This document shows, piece by piece, positions 1 through 6,817 of a stretch of 32,000 nt of DNA. A program made the position numbers and the translations under genes. Position 1 is the stretch's first letter. The number at the start of each line of letters is the position of its first letter. The notes below the pieces were generated by a model. It had not been told where the DNA came from. It made no database searches and worked only from the letters and a program-made list of their open reading frames with translations. The stretch is from Mycobacterium asiaticum. GTDB lineage: Bacteria > Actinomycetota > Actinomycetes > Mycobacteriales > Mycobacteriaceae. The stretch spans positions 58,578-90,577 of the forward strand of contig NZ_LZLQ01000078.1 in assembly GCF_001673315.1 (NCBI RefSeq), given 5' to 3'.

Positions 1-84
1 ATCGGGTTCAATCTGGAAGACACCGAACCCCAGCTGCGGGATGGTGTTCCCGTCGTTGAGGGTGATAGCCGGAACATTGCTCAT
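1..84 (-). CDS. aldo/keto reductase, N-terminal 28 codons only (gene runs off the left edge)
   Basis: The reverse complement of 1..84 begins with ATG (cat at 82..84). It reads MSNVPAITLNDGNTIPQLGFGVFQIEPD, a typical N-terminus of 2,5-diketo-D-gluconate-reductase-type AKRs. It is not in the ORF track because the window edge truncates it. Confidence 0.6.
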   Translation of the reverse strand, partial: MSNVPAITLNDGNTIPQLGFGVFQIEPD

Positions 85-153
85 AGTTGTGGGGTGCCCA
101 CTTCCGGCGGTAACCCAACCACCGGCACCCCACGACAGAAAGTGACCGACTGC

Positions 154-1029
154 ATGGCACCCACATTGCGTCCTCGCCGATCCGCGCTCTATCTGCCCGG
201 CAACAAGCCCAGGGCACTGGAGAAGGCCAAGACGCTGCCGGCGGACGTGCTGCTCTTCGACCTCGAGGACGCCGTGGGACCGGACGCGAAAGCAACGTCC
301 CGAGCGCAGGTGTGCGAGGCGGTTTCGTCAGGGAGTTACGGACCGCGGGAGGTCGTGGTGCGGATCAACGGCTTGGGCACCGACTGGCACGACGGCGATC
401 TCGCCGCCGCGGCGGGTTCGGCCGCCCACGGGGTGCTGGTGCCGAAGGTCGAGACCGGTGAACAGGTCGAAACGCTCACCGCAGCCCTGGACAAACTCGA
501 CGCGCCGGAGTCGATGCAACTGTGGGCGATGATCGAAACGCCGCGGGCTTTTCTCCGGATTGAGGAAATCGTTTCCGCGAGCGAACGATTGGCGGTGCTG
601 GTCATCGGCACCAACGACCTGATCAACGAACTGCATGCCGTGCACCTGCCTGGCCGCGCCCCCGTGGTGCCCGCGTTGGCCCTGGCGGTACTGGGCGCCC
701 GAGCGGCCGGCAAGGTCATCCTGGACGGCGTCTTCAACGACATCACCGATGAAGATGGCTTCCGGGCCGAGGCACGCCAAGGCCGGGAGATGGGGTTCGA
801 CGGCAAGACCCTCATCCATCCGTCCCAAGTCGGTCCGGCCAACGACGTGTTCGGTCCGTCGGAGGACGAGTTGACGCACGCCCGCAAGGTGGTGTCGGCA
901 TACGAGGAAGCGCAGGCTGCCGGCAACAGCGTTATCACGGTCGACGGCCGGATGGTCGAAAGTCTGCACGTGCGGGACGCCCAGCGAATCCTGGCACTCG
1001 CCGACGCCATCGCCGAGATGGGCTCCTAG
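154..1029 (+). CDS. citE: HpcH/HpaI aldolase / citrate lyase beta subunit-like CoA-ester lyase (CitE family)
   Basis: Track ORF 94..1029. Motifs LLFDLEDAV, VVVRING, VPKVE, IETPRA and LIHPSQV are typical of CitE / malyl-CoA lyase-like enzymes. I prefer the ATG at 154 (MAPTLRPRRSALYLPG), since homologs begin just before the LPG..P motif. Confidence 0.85.
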   Translation: MAPTLRPRRSALYLPGNKPRALEKAKTLPADVLLFDLEDAVGPDAKATSRAQVCEAVSSGSYGPREVVVRINGLGTDWHDGDLAAAAGSAAHGVLVPKVETGEQVETLTAALDKLDAPESMQLWAMIETPRAFLRIEEIVSASERLAVLVIGTNDLINELHAVHLPGRAPVVPALALAVLGARAAGKVILDGVFNDITDEDGFRAEARQGREMGFDGKTLIHPSQVGPANDVFGPSEDELTHARKVVSAYEEAQAAGNSVITVDGRMVESLHVRDAQRILALADAIAEMGS

Positions 1030-1035
1030 CGGCGG

Positions 1036-1641
1036 TTAACTGGTCGATTGGGCGGTGCTGTGCTGCTCGATCCACTTGGACAGGGCATCCTCGAGCGCGG
1101 CGGCAGCATCCATGCCGGCACTCTCGGCAGCCCGCTCGAACTGCTCGACGATCTCCGTCGGGATCGAGGCATTCACCCTGGAGCGCGTCGGCTTGGGTTT
1201 GGGCGCAGGGGCTTCCGACACGTGCCGAGCCGCCGTCGCGTCCATGGTTTCCCGTAGCGCCGGAATCTCGTCCAGCAGCCGGGCCAAGTCGTCGCGCTCG
1301 ATGCGCAGCATTTCGGCCGGTCCGATCGTGGTCACGGTGGCAGACCGCAGTTTCCCGCGGCGCAGCGCGGATTCGCCGATGACTTCGCCCGCGCCCACCA
1401 CGGCGACGCGGTCGTCACCGACGTACACCCCGGCCTCCCCGCTGAGCAGGATGAAACACGCGTCCGACGGGGTTTGCTCCCGGATCAACGGCCAGGGCAC
1501 CGACTGCGAAGTGTGATGCGCCGAGCGCACCAGGCGTTCGAGGTCGCTGTCGGAGAACTTCTCGAAAGCGGAGAACTCGCGTAGCCGACGGGCGTCTCGA
1601 CGGGCTTTTTCTTGTTCAGAGTCCACGTCGTCGTGTTTCAT
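1036..1641 (-). CDS. cyclic-nucleotide-binding domain protein with a short C-terminal ribbon-helix-helix-like tail
   Basis: 201 aa with an ATG start (cat at 1639..1641) and GGGAG about 10 nt upstream. The core FILLSGEAGVYVGDDRVAVVGAGEVIGESALRRGKLRSATVTT..MLRIERDDL matches the cNMP-binding beta-roll (G.GE.GE..L....RsATv). An AP/KP-rich linker follows, then VNASIPTEIVEQFERAAESAGMDAAAALEDALSKWIEQ. Confidence 0.8.
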   Translation of the reverse strand: MKHDDVDSEQEKARRDARRLREFSAFEKFSDSDLERLVRSAHHTSQSVPWPLIREQTPSDACFILLSGEAGVYVGDDRVAVVGAGEVIGESALRRGKLRSATVTTIGPAEMLRIERDDLARLLDEIPALRETMDATAARHVSEAPAPKPKPTRSRVNASIPTEIVEQFERAAESAGMDAAAALEDALSKWIEQHSTAQSTS

Positions 1642-1751
1642 TTGGGCTCCCGTTGGGCTCGCGATCGGACAATGTGACCGACGTCGCAGAGCCTAACGCG
1701 AAACGGCGCTATTTCCTCGAACTCATTTCAAGACGGCCGAAAATGGCGCTT

Positions 1752-2009
1752 CTAGTGTCGCCGGGAGTTCGCTGTCGGGCTTTGCGCGGATTCCCACTTG
1801 GCAGCCAACGACCTCGTTACCGTCGTGCCGGCAGCGAGTTCGACTTGGAACGTCTCGCCCTCGTCGCCCTCGAACGTGATGACGAACCCGTTGTCGGTGG
1901 AGTCCTTGAACACCACTTTGTAGGCCCCGGCACCGTTTCCGCGGTCCATGGCGATGACGTCGCCGGGAGCGACGTCATCAATACGATCGTTTCCGGAAAC
2001 TCCAGTCAT
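1752..2009 (-). CDS. small acidic hypothetical protein (85 aa)
   Basis: This is the C-terminal part of track ORF 1752..2246(-): MTGVSGNDRIDDVAPGDVIAMDRGNGAGAYKVVFKDSTDNGFVITFEGDEGETFQVELAAGTTV... Third codon positions are almost all G/C on this strand (for example aaa gtg gtg ttc aag gac tcc acc gac aac). The overlapping + frame has poor GC3. The start is uncertain: ATG at 2009 or ATG at 2054. Confidence 0.45.
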   Translation of the reverse strand: MTGVSGNDRIDDVAPGDVIAMDRGNGAGAYKVVFKDSTDNGFVITFEGDEGETFQVELAAGTTVTRSLAAKWESAQSPTANSRRH

Positions 2010-2069
2010 GCCCTCGAAGGTAGCCGATCGCCGGGAACCCCAACGGGCGCGCATCCGTTGGACGTGGCA

Positions 2070-3182
2070 ATGACTGCGACGCTTCCGGATCACGAAATGC
2101 GCGGCGCGCGACCGGTTGATCTGGCCGACCGCCTGCTCGAGGTCAAACGCATCTACCACGAACCCGGCATCGAACGTTTCGAGCGGGCGCGTGAAGTCCT
2201 GGGCCGATTCCCCGACGCCGAGCGCGTTCAAGTCGCCTCGCATCAAGCCATATCGTGCCTGTACGGCAACGAGGGCAACGTCGAGGACTGGGTGCGGATC
2301 AAGCGGGAAACGCTGGTGCTGGGGGAGAAGAAGAGTCTGTCCGCGCGCCGTAACGAGCGGTCCAGCGACTGGATCGCACCGTCGACGGCCAATGGCTGCG
2401 CGATGGCGTGCTCATACTGCTACGTCCCGCGCCGCAAGGGATACGCCAACCCGATCACGGTGTTCGCCAACATCGACACGATCACCGGCTACCTCGAGCG
2501 ACACGCGGCCCGCCAGGGTGTCAAGCCGGAGCCCAACCAGTGCGATCCAGTCGACTGGGTCTACGACATCGGCGAGAACAGCGACTGCTCGGTCGACGCC
2601 ATGGTGTCGGACAACGTTCGCGATCTCGTCGACCTCTTCGCGCGAATCCCCAACGCCAAAGCCAGTTTTGCCACCAAATTCGTCAACCGGGATCTGCTCG
2701 GCTACGACCCGCGCGGCGGCACCCGGGTGCGGTTCAGCCTGATGCCCAAAGAGACGTCCCGCCTGGTCGACATCCGCACCTCCAAGGTGGCCGACCGGAT
2801 CGCGGCATTGGATGATTTCGTCGAGGCCGGCTTCGAGGTGCATCTGAATCTCAGCCCGGTCGTCGTTTACGAAGGCTGGCAAGAAGACTGGGCTGAGTTG
2901 CTCGATCAGATCGCCGACGGCACCAACGAACGCACCAAGCAACAACTCGCGGCCGAGATCATCTTCCTGACCCACAACGAGGGTTTGCACGAGGTCAATC
3001 TCGGATGGCACCCCAAGGCGGAAGAATTGCTGTGGCGACCCGATCTGCAGCAACTCAAGCGCAGCCAGAGTGGCCAGTGGAACGTACGGTACAAGAGTCC
3101 GTGGAAGGGCCGGTGGGTGCAGGATCTCACGGACCTGCTCGCGGTGAAGCTGCCCACCTGCCGGGTCCGCTACGCGTTCTGA
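2070..3182 (+). CDS. radical SAM enzyme, spore-photoproduct-lyase (SplB) family
   Basis: This is the C-terminal 370 aa of track ORF 1653..3182. The CX3CX2C cluster motif is present (ANGCAMACSYCYVPRRKGY). The overall pattern (LVLGEKKS, DWIAPSTANGC, IGENSDC, FATKF, RFSL.P) matches SplB-family proteins of non-sporeformers. The 1653..2069 extension has low GC3 and overlaps a better minus-strand gene. The start is ATG 2070 or ATG 2097. Confidence 0.8.
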   Translation: MTATLPDHEMRGARPVDLADRLLEVKRIYHEPGIERFERAREVLGRFPDAERVQVASHQAISCLYGNEGNVEDWVRIKRETLVLGEKKSLSARRNERSSDWIAPSTANGCAMACSYCYVPRRKGYANPITVFANIDTITGYLERHAARQGVKPEPNQCDPVDWVYDIGENSDCSVDAMVSDNVRDLVDLFARIPNAKASFATKFVNRDLLGYDPRGGTRVRFSLMPKETSRLVDIRTSKVADRIAALDDFVEAGFEVHLNLSPVVVYEGWQEDWAELLDQIADGTNERTKQQLAAEIIFLTHNEGLHEVNLGWHPKAEELLWRPDLQQLKRSQSGQWNVRYKSPWKGRWVQDLTDLLAVKLPTCRVRYAF

Positions 3183-3191
3183 GGTGACCAA

Positions 3192-4265
3192 ATGGGACAA
3201 CGCGACGACGACGCGACCGACAAGCTGCTGCAGGAACTGCTGTGGACCTACGGGCCGTGCGGTCAGGAAGACGAGGTGCGCGCCGTCTGCGCGCGCGAAC
3301 TGCGCCCCTTCGTCGACGACATGTGGACAGATGACGCCGGGAACCTGGTCGGCCATATCCGTGGTAGCAACTCTGCCCGCGAGGGCTCGGGGACACGGGT
3401 CATGGCGCATATGGACGAGTTGTCCATGCTCGTCAAGCGGGTGGAATCCGACGGCACGCTGCATTTGACCCAACTGGGCGTGATGTATCCCGGCAATTTC
3501 GGGTTGGGCCCGGTGGTGGTGCTCGGCGACCATGACGTCCTCACCGCGGTGCTGACCCTCGGATCGGAGCACACCACCAAAGAGAGCCAGCGCATCTGGG
3601 AGACCAAACCCGATCAGGGCGATCGGGCGCTGGATTGGCAGCACGTCTATGTCTTCACCGGCCACACCCACGACGAACTCGTTGCCGCCGGAGTCCATCC
3701 CGGCACCCGGGTCTGCGTGCACCGCAGCAAGAGGACGCTGGTCGAGTTCGGCGACTACGTCGGCTCTTACTTCCTTGACGACCGCGCGGCGGTCACTGCT
3801 CTGCTCAACGTCGCGCGACTGCTCCGCGAGAGCGACCAACGACCGGCCGAGGATCTGTATCTGGTTTTCACCACCAACGAAGAGGTGGGTGGGATCGGCG
3901 GTTCCTACGCCAGCGCCACCCTCCCCGGCACCCTCACGCTCGCTTTGGAAGTCGGCCCCACGGAGGAGGAGTACGCCACGACGGTCAGCGGCGGTCCGAT
4001 CGTCGGCTACAGCGACGCGCAGTGTGTCTACGACAAAGCCGTTGCCGATCGGCTGATGAAGGTCGCGCGCGAGCGAGGGCTCGACCCGCAGGCGGCCGTA
4101 CTGGGCGCGTTCGAATCCGACGCCTCGCACTCCAAGACCGCCGGTCTCACGCCGCGAGCGGGACTCCTGTGCCTACCGACGCTGAGCACGCACGGTTTCG
4201 AAGTCATCGCCCGCCACGCGATCGACGACATGGCCGCGGTAATCGTCGATTTCGTGCGCGAATGA
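3192..4265 (+). CDS. M42 family metallopeptidase (glutamyl aminopeptidase / FrvX-YsdC-like)
   Basis: 357 aa. GAGGTG lies 5 nt upstream of the ATG, which is 9 nt after the SplB-like stop. M42 metal-ligand motifs are present: AHMDELS, FLDDRAAV, TTNEEVGGIGG. Confidence 0.85.
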   Translation: MGQRDDDATDKLLQELLWTYGPCGQEDEVRAVCARELRPFVDDMWTDDAGNLVGHIRGSNSAREGSGTRVMAHMDELSMLVKRVESDGTLHLTQLGVMYPGNFGLGPVVVLGDHDVLTAVLTLGSEHTTKESQRIWETKPDQGDRALDWQHVYVFTGHTHDELVAAGVHPGTRVCVHRSKRTLVEFGDYVGSYFLDDRAAVTALLNVARLLRESDQRPAEDLYLVFTTNEEVGGIGGSYASATLPGTLTLALEVGPTEEEYATTVSGGPIVGYSDAQCVYDKAVADRLMKVARERGLDPQAAVLGAFESDASHSKTAGLTPRAGLLCLPTLSTHGFEVIARHAIDDMAAVIVDFVRE

Positions 4266-4327
4266 CCGCGAATAACCGCCAATGACCGCCGATGACCGCC
4301 GATGACCGCGAATAACCGCGAATGACG
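4261..4327. repeat. 10-bp tandem repeat, about 6.7 copies (RATRACCGCS)
   Basis: The units read aatgaccgcg aataaccgcc aatgaccgcc gatgaccgcc gatgaccgcg aataaccgcg aatgacg. The first unit contains the TGA stop (4263..4265) of the M42 peptidase. The repeat lies between convergent genes. Confidence 0.9.
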
Positions 4328-4340
4328 TGGGCGAGGGGCC

Positions 4341-4877
4341 TCAGCTCGAGGCGCTGAGGATCTTGATCGCGAAGACGAGCGAGTCGCCCGGCCGGATTCC
4401 GGCGCTGGGCTGACCCTCCGGGTAACCGTCGGCCGGCGTCATCGCGACGGCGACAGTCGACCCGACCTTCTGTCCCGCGATCGCCTTCTGGAAGCCCGTT
4501 ATGACACCGGTCAGGGAGAAGGAGACCGGCGCGCCCCGTTCGAAGCTGTTGTCGAATACCGTCCCGTCACGTCCGTTGACGCCCATGTAGCAGACCGACA
4601 CCCTCGCCATGGCCGGTACCACCGGTCCGTCTCCGGCGTGCAGCGTCTGCACCTGGGTCTGGTTCACGCTGAACGGACCCGTCACGGCCACTCGCGGTGC
4701 CGTCGCGTCGGTGGGTCCGGTGACCGCGACGCTGCCGGTGGTGCCGTTCAGCGTCCAGTCGGGGGTGGCGCTGTTCTGCGGGGCCGCGGTGGGGCAGGTG
4801 CCGGCCGCGTTCGCCGTGCCGGCCGGTATCAGAACGGTGGCCGCGACGCAGGCCGTGATCGCGGCGAAGGATTGCAT
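4341..4877 (-). CDS. FKBP-type peptidyl-prolyl cis-trans isomerase, exported (possible lipoprotein)
   Basis: Track ORF 4341..4931(-). The C-terminal FKBP fold motifs are VCYMGVNGRDGTVFDNSFERGAPVSFSL..VITGFQKAIAGQKVGSTV...PADGY. The N-terminus MQSFAAITACVAATVLIPAGTANA is signal-peptide-like, with an ITAC lipobox-like motif or cleavage after ANA. ATG 4877 is preferred, but an upstream start up to 4931 is possible. Confidence 0.85.
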   Translation of the reverse strand: MQSFAAITACVAATVLIPAGTANAAGTCPTAAPQNSATPDWTLNGTTGSVAVTGPTDATAPRVAVTGPFSVNQTQVQTLHAGDGPVVPAMARVSVCYMGVNGRDGTVFDNSFERGAPVSFSLTGVITGFQKAIAGQKVGSTVAVAMTPADGYPEGQPSAGIRPGDSLVFAIKILSASS

Positions 4878-4939
4878 CCAGGAGGGCTTCACGGGCGTGA
4901 CGCTACAGAAGCGGGATTGGCCTGGCGCCACCCGCCTCG

Positions 4940-5028
4940 GTGCGCCGCTCGCCCGACGGGAGCTCAGTGCGCCGTTCGCCCGACGAGATCCGGTGCGCCG
5001 CTCGCCCGACGAGATCCGGTCCGTCCGG
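4940..5028. repeat. 26/27-bp tandem repeat, 3 full copies plus a degenerate partial copy
   Basis: The copies are gtgcgccgctcgcccgacgggagctca (4940..4966), gtgcgccgttcgcccgacgagatccg (4967..4992) and gtgcgccgctcgcccgacgagatccg (4993..5018), followed by gtccgtccgg. The repeat lies between the arr stop (5030) and the FKBP gene start. Confidence 0.85.
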
Positions 5029-5029
5029 A

Positions 5030-5479
5030 TCAGTCGTAGATGACAGCCAGACCCCGACGCTCGAGGTCAGCCAACCCGTCACGCATCGCTTGCAGCTGTT
5101 CGGGCGAATGCCCCGACCAGTCGGTCAGCTCACCGACGATCCGCACCGGATCGCGGGTGCGGTAGGAGCAGGTGGGGTTTCCGGGGAGCTTCTTGTCGGT
5201 GACGTTCGGGTCGTCCTCCAACGGACCTTCCGGCTCCACGATGTAGATGCGGCAGCGCCCGTCGCCCTGAGCTAACTCGGCGCCCCAGACCGCGGCATCC
5301 AACGTGGCCGTCACGTAGACGTGGTTGGCGGTGCGGCCGCCGCCGTAGTTCGAACGGCGCCCCGGCACCAGCCGGTCACCTACCGCCAAGTCGGCCTTGG
5401 TTCCGTGCAGCAGCACACCTGACTCATAGACAACGAAAGGTTGTGGCACGCTCGGCACAAACAACTCCGTCCGTTTCAT
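5030..5479 (-). CDS. arr: NAD(+)-rifampin ADP-ribosyltransferase (Arr)
   Basis: 149 aa with an ATG start. The sequence LHGTKADLAVGDRL...HVYVTATLDAAVWGAELA...RIYIVEPEGPLEDDPNVTDKKLPGNPTCSYRTRDPVRIVGELTDWSGH...LADLERRGL follows, nearly motif for motif, the Arr sequences I recall (YHGTKANL..GD.L, H.YF.A....AVWGAELA, YIYIVEPTGPFEDDPNLTNK.FPGNPT.SYR...PLRIVG...W.GH). Confidence 0.9.
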   Translation of the reverse strand: MKRTELFVPSVPQPFVVYESGVLLHGTKADLAVGDRLVPGRRSNYGGGRTANHVYVTATLDAAVWGAELAQGDGRCRIYIVEPEGPLEDDPNVTDKKLPGNPTCSYRTRDPVRIVGELTDWSGHSPEQLQAMRDGLADLERRGLAVIYD

Positions 5480-5566
5480 ACGTGGTAGAGAAATTGTGCA
5501 GCACGGTAGCGTCGGATGTGATGGCTGGTGACCCGCAAGGTCAGATCAGAAAGGGAATCGACGGGC

Positions 5567-6817
5567 ATGGCAGCGTTAAGAACCGGCGAAGGTTTCCCCG
5601 ACGTCGTAGTCACCGCGGTCGCATCCACAACCGCGATTGCGCCGGACGCTGAGGATACCTGGCAGCAACTGTTGCAAGGGCGCAGCGGAATTCGCCAACT
5701 CGACAAGACGTTCGTTACCGAATTCGACTCACCGGTGCGCATCGGCGGACCGCTGCATGAGGACTTCGACGAACACCTCAACCGCGTCGAGTCGCGTCGA
5801 TTCGCGTTCATGCAGAAGATGGCGACGGTGCTGGGCCGGCGACTGTGGGAGCAGGCGGGCTCGCCCGAGGTCGACACCAATCGGTTGATGGTGGCGATCG
5901 GCCTGGGTCTGGGCAGCACCGAGGACATTCCGGCCTGGTATGAGGTGTGGAAGGTAAAGGGCATGCGCGCGGTCACGCCGCTGTCGGTGCAGAAATACAT
6001 GCCCAACGCTCCTGCCGCTGCCGTCGGACTGGACCGGGAGGCGAAGGCGGGTGTCGTGTCGCCAGTGGTGGCCGATGCGTCGGGCGCCGTGGCCATTGCG
6101 CAGGCGTGGCGGCAGCTCGTCCTCGGCGAGGCCGACATTGCGATTTGCGGCGGCGTGGAGACCGTCATCGAGGCCGTCCCGACCGCCACGTTCTGGCAGC
6201 TGGGCATGCTCTCCACCAACAACGACGACCCCGCCGGCGCCTGCCGGCCGTTCGATGCGCACCGCGACGGCATGGTGTTCGGGGAAGCCGGCGCGTTGCT
6301 CCTGGTCGAGACCGAGGAGCACGCCAAAGCACGTGGCGCGACCATTCTGGCCCGCCTGATGGGCGCGTCCGCAACCTCGGATGGATACGACGTCGTCGAA
6401 CCCGACCCGACCGGTCAGCGCGCCGGTGACGCCATCTCCCGCGCCGTCGATCTGGCCGGGCTGACGCCGGTGGATATCGACCACATCAATGCCCACGCGA
6501 CGGGAACGAAGAGCGGAGACCTGGCCGAAGCCCGGGCCATTCGGAGAGCGCTCGGTTCGCATACGCCCGCGGTGTACGCCCCGAAGGCGGCGCTGGGCCA
6601 CTCATTGGGCGCGGCCGGCGCGGTCGAGGCGGTACTGACCGTGCAGGCGCTGCGCGACGGAATCGTGCCGCCCACCTTGAATCTGAAGGAGCTCGACCCC
6701 GAGATCGATCTGGACGTCGTCGCCGGTGAGGCCCGGCGCGGCGACTACCGATATGCGGTCACCGAGTCATTCGGGCTGGGCGGAAATAACGTCGCCGTGG
6801 TGTTCGGCGCAGCCTAA
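5567..6817 (+). CDS. beta-ketoacyl-ACP synthase I/II (KasA/KasB/FabF) family paralog with active-site Cys replaced by Asp
   Basis: Track ORF 5528..6817 starts at GTG. The ATG at 5567 gives 416 aa, starting MAALRTGEGFPDVVVTAVASTTAI, which parallels the KasA N-terminus. Family motifs present are DIAICGGVE, RPFD..RDG.V.GEAGA.L..E..EHAKARGA, HINAH.TGT, YAPK.ALGHSLGAAGAVE, PPTLN and D.RYAV..SFG.GG.N. The nucleophile position reads SPVVADASG, with GAT at 6074..6076. Confidence 0.9.
   Translation: MAALRTGEGFPDVVVTAVASTTAIAPDAEDTWQQLLQGRSGIRQLDKTFVTEFDSPVRIGGPLHEDFDEHLNRVESRRFAFMQKMATVLGRRLWEQAGSPEVDTNRLMVAIGLGLGSTEDIPAWYEVWKVKGMRAVTPLSVQKYMPNAPAAAVGLDREAKAGVVSPVVADASGAVAIAQAWRQLVLGEADIAICGGVETVIEAVPTATFWQLGMLSTNNDDPAGACRPFDAHRDGMVFGEAGALLLVETEEHAKARGATILARLMGASATSDGYDVVEPDPTGQRAGDAISRAVDLAGLTPVDIDHINAHATGTKSGDLAEARAIRRALGSHTPAVYAPKAALGHSLGAAGAVEAVLTVQALRDGIVPPTLNLKELDPEIDLDVVAGEARRGDYRYAVTESFGLGGNNVAVVFGAA

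Noticed and set aside
1653-2069. N-terminal 139 codons of the 509-aa track ORF
   Set aside because: Third-position GC is poor and the sequence is not homologous-looking. It overlaps a minus-strand frame with much better codon bias. SplB-family proteins are about 340-370 aa.
2412-4130. 572-aa ORF on the minus strand
   Set aside because: It runs antisense across the SplB-like and M42 peptidase genes. The translation is Arg/Gly/Val/Asp-rich with no recognisable motifs. This is a typical stop-poor shadow frame in high-GC DNA.
5476-6601. 289-aa and 290-aa minus-strand ORFs
   Set aside because: They are antisense to the KAS-family gene, and no motifs are recognisable.
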